A stretch of 64,000 nucleotides of DNA, from the NCBI GenBank assembly GCA_963769025.1, contig CAVYKI010000009.1, forward strand, positions 288,001 to 352,000, written 5' to 3'. Shown piece by piece: positions 10,080 through 21,528 of the stretch. Below the pieces are notes generated by a model. That model searched no databases. It was not told where the DNA came from and worked only from the letters and a program-made list of their open reading frames with translations. The position numbers were made by a program, and so were the translations under genes. Each line of letters starts with the position of its first letter. Position 1 is the stretch's first letter. This DNA comes from an uncultured Verrucomicrobiae bacterium. GTDB lineage: Bacteria; Verrucomicrobiota; Verrucomicrobiia; Chthoniobacterales; Chthoniobacteraceae.

Positions 10080-10123
10080 CGCAGCACGCAGCTCACGCAA
10101 ATTTTCCCGACTCCCAAACGCCC

Positions 10124-13100
10124 ATGATTCGCTTTCTTCATCGCTTCACTTCGCACCTCGGGATGGCCGCGGCGGCGAGCGTCCTCCCGCTGCTCTCGAT
10201 CGCGTCAGCGCAACAACCGGCTGACGCGCCCGCCGTTCCGCCAGCTCCCGCGGCCCAGCCACCGGCGGCACCGCCGACGGTCGTCGCACCACCGGTCGAG
10301 CCGCCGGCGCCGGCGCCCCCGGACCCGAAGCTGCTCAGGCAACTCGAGTCGATCCTCACGCACAAGTTCTCGCGCGATCTCACGGAGATTTTCCACGCCA
10401 TTGAAAAATCGGGCACGGCGGACCTCGCCACGCTCACTCCGTCGGACCGCTTCTTCACGCTCTTCCGCATGGGCGAATGGGCAAAGGTCCGCGAGGAGCT
10501 GGCGCAGATGCCGCCGGATCTGGCGCGCAAGATTTTCGACAAGATGCTCACCGACCTCACCGAGAAGGCGAAGCCCAACATGCGGCTCGACGATGTGGTC
10601 GGACTTTCCGAGGCGGTGCCGGGCGATTTCACCGGGGATGAACTGCGCAGGCTCGGGCAACTTTTCGGCCTCGCGGTGCCTGCGAATGAAACCTACTGGC
10701 TCTCCGACCGTCTGCGGAAAGGGACGGGCAAGCTGGGCGGCACGGACCCGGCGAAGCGCCTGCTCGCCGGCCGCGTCCTGCTCGCCGGCGGATTCAAGGA
10801 TCTCGCCCGCACCTACCTTCCGCCGCTCGCCCAGGTCGGACAGATCGCGGACGAAGGCGTGCGCAACGAGCTGACCGCCTTCCTCGCCTCGCAGCAGGAA
10901 AGCGAAGCGGCCCAGCACGAGCAGGTGCAGAAAGTGTGGGATGAAAATCTGCGGCTGCTGACGCTCGCCAAGGTCAACGAGTACGAGAAATCCAAGGCGG
11001 GCCAGGCGCTGGCGCGGGTGATGATGCAAATCCCGCAGAGCACGCTCGCCCCGGTTTTCATCGAGATGGTGAAGAACAACCCGGAGAGCGCCGTCCGGCT
11101 GATCAGCGGCCTTCAGCGCAAGCTCCAGAACGAGGCGAAGGGCGAAGCAACCCTGCGCACTGAGAACCTGAAGGCGCAGGCGTCCGTCGCGAATCTGCTC
11201 GGCGAGAATGCCGATCTCGGCATCCAGCCATGGAACCAGCTCGCGCAGATGATGGCCGATTTCTGGATGACCGAGGCGGATGCCACGTTCACGCAGAAAA
11301 CCGGCACGGCGAACGACAAGGGGAGGTTTGTCGCGCCCGAGGATTTGCTCGTGACCGCGCCCTCCGGAAAATGGGAGACAGCGCTCCCGGCCGGGACTCG
11401 CGAGCGGCTCGATGTCGCCGTTTCCAAGGTCATCCTCGCCAGCGCGAATTTCGATCAGGCCGCCGATCGCATCGTCGAGATCGGGAAGCGAAACCCGGAA
11501 GCGGGAGTCGCGCTCGCGGAGGATTTCCTCACCGTCTGGGCCAGGACCCACAATCCGCAAATCCCCGAGGCGCTGCGAAAGAAGTACGCATTGCCCGACG
11601 ACACGCGGATCCCCGTCACGCCGATCATGATGGAGAAGAACATCGAGAGCCTCGCGCGGATGATGTCGCTCTTCCGGCAGGCGGCGATCGCGCCGAAGGA
11701 TTACGAGAAAGTCGTCAGCGCATTCGACCTCGCGTACAGCAACGCGGAGACCTACCGGACGAGCCACATCGAAAAGGTGTTCGGCCCGATCGGACAAAAT
11801 GGATGAGCCGCTCTTCTTCCTCATCCTCACGCGCATGAATGCGAACCTCGGCGAGCGCTGGCGCAAGATGGACGTGCAAAAGGCCGGCCTCACCCGCCGG
11901 GACGAAACGCAGACGCTGGAGATGGTCCGCGCCGGATATTCCGGTGCGCTGCAAATGATCGACGCATGGCTGCTCGGGCATCCCGACGGCTGGCGCGCGC
12001 TCACGCTCGCCGGCTCGCTGCTCACGGACTGGGGCGATTTTGAATACTTCCAGGAACTTGTCACCGGCGACGCGCGCAAGCGGATGATCGGCTACAAGGA
12101 AAGGAATCTGCAGGCGCAGGAATACTTCCAGCGCGGCGCCGAGGCTTACGCGAAGGAAGTTCCGAAGCTCTCGCCGGCAAACTATTCCGTCGATGCCTAC
12201 CTCGGCTGGTTCCATGGCCTGCTCGGCATCGGCTCGAACGGCCAGTTCAATCTCTCGAAGGCGATGAACCGCGCGGCCCTCACGAGAATCCGCGAGCACC
12301 TGCTCGCGCTGCCGGGGAAGGCGGCAAAGGCGCACATGAGCCAGTTTGCCAAGATCGTGAATGCGCGCCTCGCGGACGAAAAGGATCCGCTGCACGAGGA
12401 TTTGAAGTACCGCTACCTCGCGAGCGCGATCGTCATCACGAAGGACGATCCATTCACCCTCGGCGCGGAGAAGAAGGTCGCGTACTTCGACGACCTGCTC
12501 AGCGAACTCCGGCTCCAGACCCGCGTGGACGGCCCGAACACCATCGGCCGCGATCAGGATTTTGGAATCATCGTCAGCATCATCCACACGGAGGCCATGG
12601 GCCGCGTGGCGCAATTCGGCCAGTATCTCACCAACGATCCGGGAGCAGCCTCGGGGAAGCCGAAGAAGAGCGCGGGACCGCTCGTGCGAAAGATGCGCGA
12701 GGCGCAGGGGCCGCGCGATGAGCTGGAATTGAGCATCACCGAGGCGCTCTCACCGTTCTTCGACATCAAATCGATCACCTTCGCCACGCCCGAAGTGAAG
12801 CCGCGCCCCGCCGCGCAACCCGGCTGGGAGGAAACGGTCCTCGCCTACCTCCTCGTCCGCGCGAAGGACGCGAGCGTGGACAAGATTCCGCCGGTCCAGA
12901 TGGAGCTGAAGTTCGTGGACCTGACCGGCCCGGTCACCATCCCCGCGGAGTCCGCGGAGACCGTGATCAAGGTTGCAGCCAGCGACGTTCCGCCGCGGCC
13001 GGCGCAGCAGATCGAGATCACGCAGACGCTCGACACGCGGCAGTTCGCGATCAACGGCGCGCTTCCTCTCGAGATCAAAGCGACCGCCAACGGACTCGTG

Positions 13101-13775
13101 CCGGAGCTCGAGCAATTGCTCGACCTAGCCGCGCTCAAGAGCGCGCTCGGCATCACGACAGTCCAATCCCCATGAGGGCCTGCAGGTGAAGGAGCTGAAC
13201 ACGTGGGGCGACCAGGTCGCGCCCGCGCTCGGAGCGGCAGTGGACGCTCTCGCTCGATGGCGACCCCATCCGCGCGGCGGACAGCCCGACGGAGTTCCAG
13301 TTCCCGCTGCCGAAGTCCAAGGATGCGACCGTCGTTTACCAGACCTACACCGACATGGATCTCACCACGCTGCCCCAGCCATCGCTCAAGCTCGGTCGCA
13401 CGACGACGATTGCCGGAATGGCCGTGCAACCGCCGCGAAGTTCCTACCTGTGGATCGCGGGAGGTGCAGGACTCGCGCTTCTCGGCGGGGTCGTGCTCTT
13501 CGCGATCGCGAAACGCCGCGGTGGCGTGAAAGAGCGACCGCTGCGGGCGCGCGATGTTTTCAAGATGCCTGGCGACGTGGATGGCTTTGCAGTGGTCGCG
13601 CTGCTCCGCCGCCTGCACACCAGCCCGCTCGTGAAACTCCGCGAACCGCAAAAGGCAGGAACTCCAGCAGGATCTCCAGCGCGTCCAGCAGACATGCTTT
13701 GGCGCCAGCCCCGACGCGATCTCCGAATGCGATCTCCGCGGCATCGCCGAAAAGTGGCTGCGTGCGGCGTGCTGA
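10124..13775 (+). CDS. Large (~1,200 aa) exported, C-terminally anchored protein; helical N-part and BatD-like beta C-part (frameshifted)
   Basis: ORFs 10124-11806, 11799-13175 and 13355- read continuously if indels at ~11797, 13170-13260 and ~13650 are corrected. Signal peptide, Pro-rich linker, TM YLWIAGGAGLALLGGVVLFAIAKRR, ends EKWLRAAC*. Confidence 0.65.
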
Positions 13776-13809
13776 TCCCGATCCCTCTCCACCACTGAAT
13801 CCCATTTTC

Positions 13810-14819
13810 ATGCAAACCATCACCAAACCTTCCGCCTCCGGCGCGGTCGCGCAAACTGCCCAGCAATTCGTCGCCGGGGTCCGGGAGCGCGTCGCGAAGA
13901 TCGTCGTCGGCCAGGATGTCGTCGTCGAGCGCGTCATGATCGCGCTGCTCACCGGCGGCCACCTGCTGCTGCAAGGGTCTGCCCGGGCCTCGCGAAGACG
14001 CTGCTCGTGAACACCATCGCGAAGGCCATCAACCTCGACTTCAAGCGCGTCCAGTTCACCGTCGACATGCTGCCGTCGGACATCATCGGCTCGGAAATCA
14101 TCGATCAAAAGAGCGGGCGACTTCCGCATCCACCGGGTCCCGTCTTCACGAACCTGCTGCTGGCGGATGAAATCAACCGCGCCGCGCCCAAGGTGCAGGG
14201 CGCGATGCTCGAAGCCATGCAGGAGCGCAAGGTCACCATCGGCGGCCAGAGCCTGAAACTGCCCACGCCTTTCCTCGTCATCGCCACGCAGAACCCCGTC
14301 GAGCAGTCCGGCACCTTCGAGCTGCCGGAGGCGCAGCTCGATCGCTTCATGCTGCTGCACCGGCTCGGCTATCCCGGGCGCGAGGACGAGCAGATGATCC
14401 TCCAGCGCCAGCTCGGCATGGGCCTGCGGCGCGAGGGTGGCGGCGCCGTGCCGCGCTCGGCGTTCGACATGATCGAGGACAACGCCGGCGCCTCGGTCGC
14501 GGATCTCGTCACCGCGATGGAAGCGGTGCAGGCCGTGCATGTCAGCGAGGTCTTCGTGAAGCATTGCGTGGAGCTCGTGCGCCGCACGCGCGAATCGAAG
14601 CTGCTCGACTTCGGCTGCAGCCCGCGCGCCGGGCTCGCGCTGATCAATGCCGCCCGCGCCCGCGCCGTGATGCACGACCGCGACTACGTGACGCCGGAGG
14701 ACTTGTTCGACCTCGCCGAGGACGTGGTGCTGCACCGCATCCGCGTCAGCTACGAGGCCTCCGCCGCCGGGCACACCGGCACGCAGGTGCTGGAGTCGAT
14801 CCTCGCAAATCTCGGCTGA
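13810..14819 (+). CDS. moxR: MoxR family AAA+ ATPase (frameshift near 13980)
   Basis: KIVVGQD, GGHLLLQG(L)PGLAKT Walker A, RVQFT.DMLPSDIIG, LLLADEINRA.PKVQ.AMLEAMQE, ATQNPVEQ.GTF.LPEAQLDRF, SPRA. Confidence 0.93.
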
Positions 14820-14830
14820 GCCGCAACGCC

Positions 14831-15696
14831 ATGCGCCGGCAGGTAAAACTCAGCCAGGATCCCGTGGATGCACGGCAGTTCGAGGTGACGGTGAAGCACC
14901 TCGCGAACAGCCTGAACTTCGGCCAGGAGGAATCCGTCTTCCACGGCGCCGGGCTGGAGTACGCGCAGTCGCGGCTCTACGTGGCGGGCGATCCGGTGAA
15001 GTTCATCGACTGGAAGGTCTCCGCGCGGGTCGGCAAGCTCTACATCAAGGAGTTTCAGGAGCCGCAGCAGATCCCGCTCTACCTGCTGCTCGATACCTCC
15101 GCATCCATGTGCGTCACCTCGCAGCCGCTGAGCAAGTACGCGTGGGCCGTGCGCATCGCCACCGGCATCGCGCTGGCGGCGCAGGCGACATGCACGCCGG
15201 TCGGCCTGCTCGGCTGCGGCGCGCGCGAGCTGCACGTGCGCCCCACGCTTTCGCGCAATCGTCGTGATGGAATGGTCGCACCAGCTCCGCCATCACGACT
15301 TTCTCGAGGAGACATCGCTGGCCAGCGCGCGCGTGAAGTCGCGCCGTCGCTGAAGCGCCGCACGATGATCATCGTGCTCAGCGACCTGCACGATCCCGAG
15401 GCGTTCGCCGCGCTCCAGGTCCTTGCGCAGGAGCACGACTGCATCGTGCTGCACCTTCAGGATCCCGCGGAATTGCAAGTGCACGGCGCGGGCCTTTTCC
15501 GCGGCGTCGAGGCCGAGTCCGGCCGCGCATTCGTCGGGCCACGGACGCCGCGCATGGATCGATGCCGCGGACTGGAAGAGCGAACTCACGCGCTTCGGCA
15601 TCGACTACCTGCATCTGCCGCACCGACCAGCCGATCCTCGGCAAACTGCGCCATTTCTTGAAACGCCGCGGCTTCGGCGGGAGTTCGGCGAGATAG
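14831..15696 (+). CDS. DUF58 domain protein (frameshifted)
   Basis: SVFHGAGLEY..SRLY..GD.VK.IDWKVSAR.GKLYIKEF, LLDTSASM, VLSDL; directly follows moxR. Confidence 0.9.
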
Positions 15697-15697
15697 C

Positions 15698-16555
15698 ATG
15701 GAAAGGAAGTCCATCCTTCGGCGGAAGCGCGTGCTGGCTCATCGCAAGCGTCGTGCGCGGTCGCACTGGCGGCGGTCTTTTTCCTGCGGCCCAAAAAGGA
15801 CGACTCCCTCAACGTGCCGCTCGGCGTCGAGCAGGCGGCCATCGTCACCTACAGCGGTCCGCCGGTCGCGGTGGCGCCTTACAAGTGGGGCGTGGCCGTC
15901 AATGTGCGCATCGCGAAGGTCAACGAGCGACCCGGCACGCCGCATCTACGATGTGCGCTACATCGTCAATCGCGCGCGGCACGTTTGATCTCAAGGACTA
16001 CCTCATCGCCGAAGATGGCAGCGCGCTCGACGGCCTGCCGTCGTTCAAGTTCACCGGCGATCCGGCGCTCTCCAAGAAGCTCGATACGCGCATCCAGGAG
16101 ACCGAGGAAACCCGCGTGGACGTGGGCGGACACTACTACGAGACGCTCGCCGTGCTGGGCGTGTTGTGGATCGTCTGGCTGCTCCTGCTCATCTTCTACG
16201 GACGTGCCAAGCCACCGCCGCCGTGCCGCGGCCGCGCCTCCCGAGCCGACGCTCGCGGCGATGCTCCGCGCCTTCCTCGCGCAACTCGAGGCCGGCACGC
16301 TCGACGCCGCTGCCAAGGCGAAAATGGAGATGCTTCTCCTCCGCCGCTGGCGCGAGGAACTCGCACTGGACCGATGCGCCGATGAGCGTCGCGCTCGAAG
16401 CGATCAGCCGCAGTGAAAAGACCGGCGACGCGATGCGCCAGTTGCAGCACTGGCTGCACATCCCGTCGCCGGATGTCGGGCGCGAGGAGATCGCCGCCGT
16501 CATCACTCCCTACGCCGTCGAAGCATCGAAACCGGAGGCACCGGAACGCACATGA
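15698..16555 (+). CDS. Hypothetical membrane-anchored protein of the MoxR operon (frameshifted)
   Basis: Pieces in three frames: exported N-domain, TM YYETLAVLGVLWIVWLLLLIFYGR, helical tail; occupies the usual slot between DUF58 and BatA. Confidence 0.6.
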
Positions 16556-17531
16556 CCTTTCTGCATCCGCAGTGGCTCGCGCCTGCTGGCGCTCCCGGTG
16601 ATCCTCGCGTTTTGGGAATGGGTCCGGCGCGGTCAGCCCATCGCGCTGCCCTTCGATCATGGCCAACAGCGGCGCGGACTCGTGCTTCGCTTCCTCGTGC
16701 TCTGCGCGAACTGCCTGCCCGCCGCGCTTCTCGCGGTGGCCATCCTCTTCCTCGCGCATCCTGTCACCTTCCACGCCGCCGGAGGTGGAGCGGAAGCTCA
16801 ACAACGTCCAGTTCGTGCTCGATACCTCCGGCAGCATGGCCGAGCCGCACGGCTCGCAGGCCGAAGGGACGGCACCGGCGCTTCGATTCGGCGATGGATG
16901 CCATCGAGCAGTTCATCACCTACCGAAAGGGAGACGCCTTCGGCCTCACCATCTTTTCGCGGCACTTCATCCACTGGCTGCCGCTCACGCTCGACACGCA
17001 GTCCATCCTGCTCTCGAGGCGCTTCATCGAGCCCAACAATCCGCAAGCTCGATCCGCCATCCATGGGCCGCCACGGCCTGCCGGATGCGCTCTGGGGCCA
17101 CACCTTCATCGGCAAGGCACTGCATCGGCGCCAGCCGATCTCCTCGCCCAGCGCCCGACTGGCGACCGCATGATCATCCTCATGACCGATGGCGAAAGCC
17201 CCGACATCATGCCGCCGCTGCGACGCCGAGATCATCGCCCACCTTCGCGCGGAAAATATCACGCGTCTTCAGCATCATGCTCACCGACGAGGCCATCCAG
17301 CCGCCTCTCATCGGACATCACACGCGCGACCGGCGGCGAAGTCTTCAACGCCGTCACCCCTGAGGCACTCGCACGCCGTGTTCCAGACGCATCGACGAGA
17401 TGAAAAAGGTCGTGGTGCTGGAGAAAAAGCCGCAGGTCGTCGATCACTACGAGCCGTTTTTTCTTCCGGTGATCGGCCTTCTCGCCCTCAGCGTGCTCGC
17501 CCTTTTCGGGCTGCGCTTCACGCCTTGGTGA
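16552..17531 (+). CDS. vWA domain membrane protein (BatA-like, frameshifted)
   Basis: MTFLHPQWL..LALPVIL N-terminus typical of BatA, MIDAS FVLDTSGSM, RKGDAFGLTIF, LPLTLD, IILMTDGE, TGGEVF, C-terminal TM. Confidence 0.85.
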
Positions 17532-17565
17532 GCGCGGTGGAAGTCAGGGGCATGGCCGCGCACCT

Positions 17566-19912
17566 TTAGGCGATCACATTCTCGCCGCGGTTCTCGGCCT
17601 GCCGGATCGTCACCGGCCAGCCGGGGAATTGGTTCGACGGCTTGCCGTCGGCGGGATCGACGAGGAAGCGGAACGACTCGACGAGATACGTTTTCTTCTC
17701 CGTGTCGAACGTGATGAAGCCGAAGCCGCTGCCTTTTTCGTGCGCCTTGTCGTAGCGGTTCGGCGCCTTGCCGACCACGGGATTTCCCACGGCGTAGACG
17801 TAGACCTTGTTCCCGAAGCCATCGAGGAACTCGCCCGTGTCCGGCAGCGCGTGCTTCGGGCGGTTCGTGTGCGGCATGCCGATTTCATCGGGCCGCCACC
17901 AGCGCGGATAGCCGGCGGCGATGGCGGGCGTGCAAAAGGACCACATGCTGTCGCGCTGTTTCCCCACGCCGTACTGCGTGAGCGTGGTGAGGTGCTGATC
18001 GCCGTTGATGTGCAGCGCCATCGACGGGCGCAGGATTTCGACGGCGCGGTTGCGCGGGGTCTGCGGCCAGGAGCCGGAGTCGAGGTCCGCCTTCAGGTAG
18101 CCGTCGTATCCACCGTGATGGGTCGCGACCGCGGCAAATACGGTCTGACTGAGCACCGCCTTGAGCGTGTGGCCTCGCCAGTCCTGAGCCCATTTTTTCA
18201 GGAACTCCTCCTGCCGCTCGCCGAGGAGCACGAGGCCCGGCTTGTCGAGCGCGAGGCAGTCGAACTTCGGATCCAGCACATGGTCGGCGCGGCCGCTTCC
18301 GGTCTCCACGCGATCGGGTCCGCTCTTCCACTGGCGGTCGGCGATGATGGCGAAGCTCACGCCGCCATACACCATGTCTCCGTAATACACGCTGATGTCC
18401 TGCAGGGCCGGAGCGGGGTCAAACGGGTCGGGATGGTGCGCGACGTTGGTGCGGTGGACGGCATTCACCATCCGCGCCGGCTCGCGGTAGCCGCCGGCGG
18501 AGGATGCACCGTCGTCACCGGTTCCCATTTTCGCACCGCCTTCGCCCCAGATGTTTCCTTGGAACACGTCGTGATCGTCCGGCAGGCAGAGGGTGGGCCG
18601 GTCGCGCATCACTTCACGGAACGACCAGCCGAACTGATAGAATTTCCGGAGGTAGTTGAGAATGGCCGGTCCCGCGGGATCGCGGATGATGCCGAAGCCG
18701 CCGTGGTTCTCGTAGATCTGGTCGCCGGAAAAGAACACGAGGTCCGGATTCAGCTTCGCGACATTTTTGACCACGGGCTCATACGGAAAGGCGTAGTCGT
18801 TCTGGCAGGTCATCGCAGCCATGCGCAAAGGCCGTCCGGCGGGATTTGCCTGAATGGTGCCCGTCCACTCGTGCGGCGTCGCCGTGCCGTCGCGATGCTT
18901 CTCGCGGTAGATGAGCTTGTAAGGAGTGGCCATTTTTTCGTCCCATTTCGGAATGCGGAACGTCGCCACCCACGCGTCGGGATCGAGCTTCGCCTCGCCG
19001 AGGGATTGCCACTTGCCGCCGCGCTGCACGTGCAGTTCCACCATCTGGCTGTCGTCGTTTCCCATCGGTCCAGTCAGCGCGCTGATCTTCATCACGAAGC
19101 CCTCGTCGGTGCGCGAGTCGCTCAGCGAATACATCGACCAGAGGAGAGGGCCGAATCGCTGCGCGGGAATGACCGCGAACGCATCGCCTTCCATCGTCCA
19201 CTTGCTGAAGCGATGGCGCGATCCCGTTTGCGCCGCCTTCTTGCCGCCCTTTCGTCCGCCTTCCGCGTCGTAATTGCTGACGAGCGCGACGTTGCCGAGC
19301 AGCGCGTCTGCCGGGACGTCATGCGAGATCTTTCCGAGGCTCGCGCCGGTGCCCGGTGAGCGGGCTTCGAGCGTGAGAGTCACCCCGGTGCCGTTCGCCG
19401 CGCCTGAAAGGTGAAGCCCGATGCTTTTCACATCGGCGGCGGCATCCAGCGGCGCAGTCTTCGGGCCGAGCAGCAGGTTGTCCCTCTGCCACGCCGGCAT
19501 TCATGCCTTTGGCGACAAAACAGTTGCTGCGGTGCTCGTTGATCTCGCTGCGCACGCCGACGCGGAATCCCGCGCCCGCATCATTTCCCTTCGTCTCCAG
19601 CAGCGAGACCTGCACCGACATCGTGAAGCCCTTTGCCGGATCGGTGATCTGATGCGTGAGCGAGTGGATGCTGCGATTGCCGCCCAAGCTCTGACATTCC
19701 GCTGCGCCATCGACGACACGCCAATCTTCCATCGGGTTTGCCCAATGTTCGCCGCCGAGCCAGACGCGGTCATGCATTCTGCTCCACGCATCGGTGGAAT
19801 TTGCTGCACCGGCAGAAGGCGCGGCGCGGCCTTCCGTGCGGCTGCCGACTGCCGCGACCGTTCCGGCAGCGACCCATTTGAGCGCGGTGCGCCGTGTGAT
19901 TTTGTGGTTCAT
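17566..19912 (-). CDS. Tat-exported alkaline phosphatase D (PhoD)-like metallophosphoesterase (frameshift near 19490)
   Basis: [13 protein letters not shown] twin-arginine leader; [25 protein letters not shown] motifs. Confidence 0.82.
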
Positions 19913-19932
19913 GGAGGTGTGTGATTGTTGGG

Positions 19933-21467
19933 CTACGGCAGCTTCGGCTTCAGAGGTGTGCTGCCATCCTTGTCCACCGGGTAGAGTGCGTGCTGAGTTT
20001 CCATTTGCGCGATGAGCCCCTGCATCATGCGCCGCAGTTCGTCCCGCTCGGTGGTCGCGAGGTTGCTTTGCTCGAATGGATCCTTGGCGAGATTGAAGAG
20101 CTGGTAGTGCGAGTTTTCCGAAACCGCGGAGGGAGTATAGTGGTAGATGACCTTCCAGTCGCCGTTCCGGAAAGTGGTGAAGTAGTCGCTGCGATGCGGC
20201 GCGTGCGGGTAGTGCATCAGAAATGTCTCCTCGCGGCATGGAGTCGCGTTTGCCGGAAAGCAATGTGTCGAGGCGTGCGCCGTCCACGATGTGATTTGCC
20301 GGAGCCGGCTTGCCGGTGAGCGAGAGCAGGGTGGGGAACATGTCATAAACGGCGGCCTGCTGGCTCTGGATTGCGCCGACGGCGATCGGGAGACGTTTTT
20401 GAAACGCATTGTCCGCGGCGGGCTTCGCCCACGCCGCAATGAACGGCACACGCATTCCACCTTCGTAGTGCGAGCCTTTTTTGCCGCGCAGTGGAGCCGC
20501 GCAGGCGACTACGTGGGGCTCGCCGAGCGGCGCGTCGCGAGCCGTTGTCGCCCAGGAAAAGGATGAGCGTGTTCTCCGCGACGCCGAGTTTGTCGAGATG
20601 GTCGAGCACATCGCCGAGCGACTTGTCCATGCCCTCGATGAGCGTCGCAAACGCCTGCGCGGGCGCTGGCTTTCCGGAGTCCTTGTAGTGCTCGGCAAAG
20701 CGCGGGTCGGAGTTGAATGGGGAATGCACGGCGTAGTGCGCGAAGTAGAGGAAGAAGGGCTTTTCCGCCTTCACGGCGTCGGCGACGTGCGAGTTTGCCT
20801 CGAGCGTGAGCGCGTCGCTGAGGAAGGTGTCGGTGCCGTGATATTTCTCCAGGCCAGGAACGGCAGCGGGCGATTGCTTTTTCACCGCGCCGCCGGCGTT
20901 GCCGTAATTCTTCATCCCGTAGTAGCTCGCAGGCGCGCCGATGGAGCCCCCGCCCACGTTGATGTCGAAACCGATGTTTTTCGGGTCAGCGCCTTCAAAC
21001 TCGCGCGGGCCGAAGTGCCCCTTGCCGACGTGGATGGTGCGGTAGCCGTCCGCCTGCATCAGGCGCGCAAGCGTGACGTCGGTTTTCTTGAGCCCCTTCC
21101 AGTTCCAGTCTGGCGGGCCGCTGGGGCCGGCGTTGTTCTTGTCGGGATTGATCCAGTTCGTCGTGTGATGCCGCGCCGCATTTTGCCCGGTCATGATGGA
21201 AACGCGCGTCGGCGAGCACACGCTCATCGCGCAGAAATTGTTGAAACGGATCCCGCGCGCAGCGAGGCGTTCCATGTTCGGCGTGCGGTAATAGTCGTTG
21301 AGCGGATACCGCTTCGCTTTTCCCGTTTCGTCGGTGAGAAAAGGCAGCGAGGTGTCCATCACGCCCATGTCATCGACGAGGAAGATGATGATGTTTGGCT
21401 TGGCGGGTGCGGCCGTGGCGGGGGAGCACACGGCGCAGGCGAGCAGGGCGAGGAGCAGTTTTTTCAT
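19933..21467 (-). CDS. Sulfatase (S1, Cys-type), frameshifted
   Basis: KPNIIIFLVDDMG, VCSPTRVSIMTG, GKGHFG, HYAVHSP, DNG, RGKKGSHYEGGMRVP. Confidence 0.92.
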
Positions 21468-21528
21468 TGGGGATGTATCGGGGTTTGGGCGCCAGGCGTG
21501 ATGAGGATTGAGTCCGGAAGTCCGCAGC

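Noticed and set aside
13810..17531. Programmed frameshifting or phase variation in the MoxR operon
   Set aside because: Indels are numerous, irregular and shared with unrelated neighbouring genes, with no consistent slippery site or long homopolymer.
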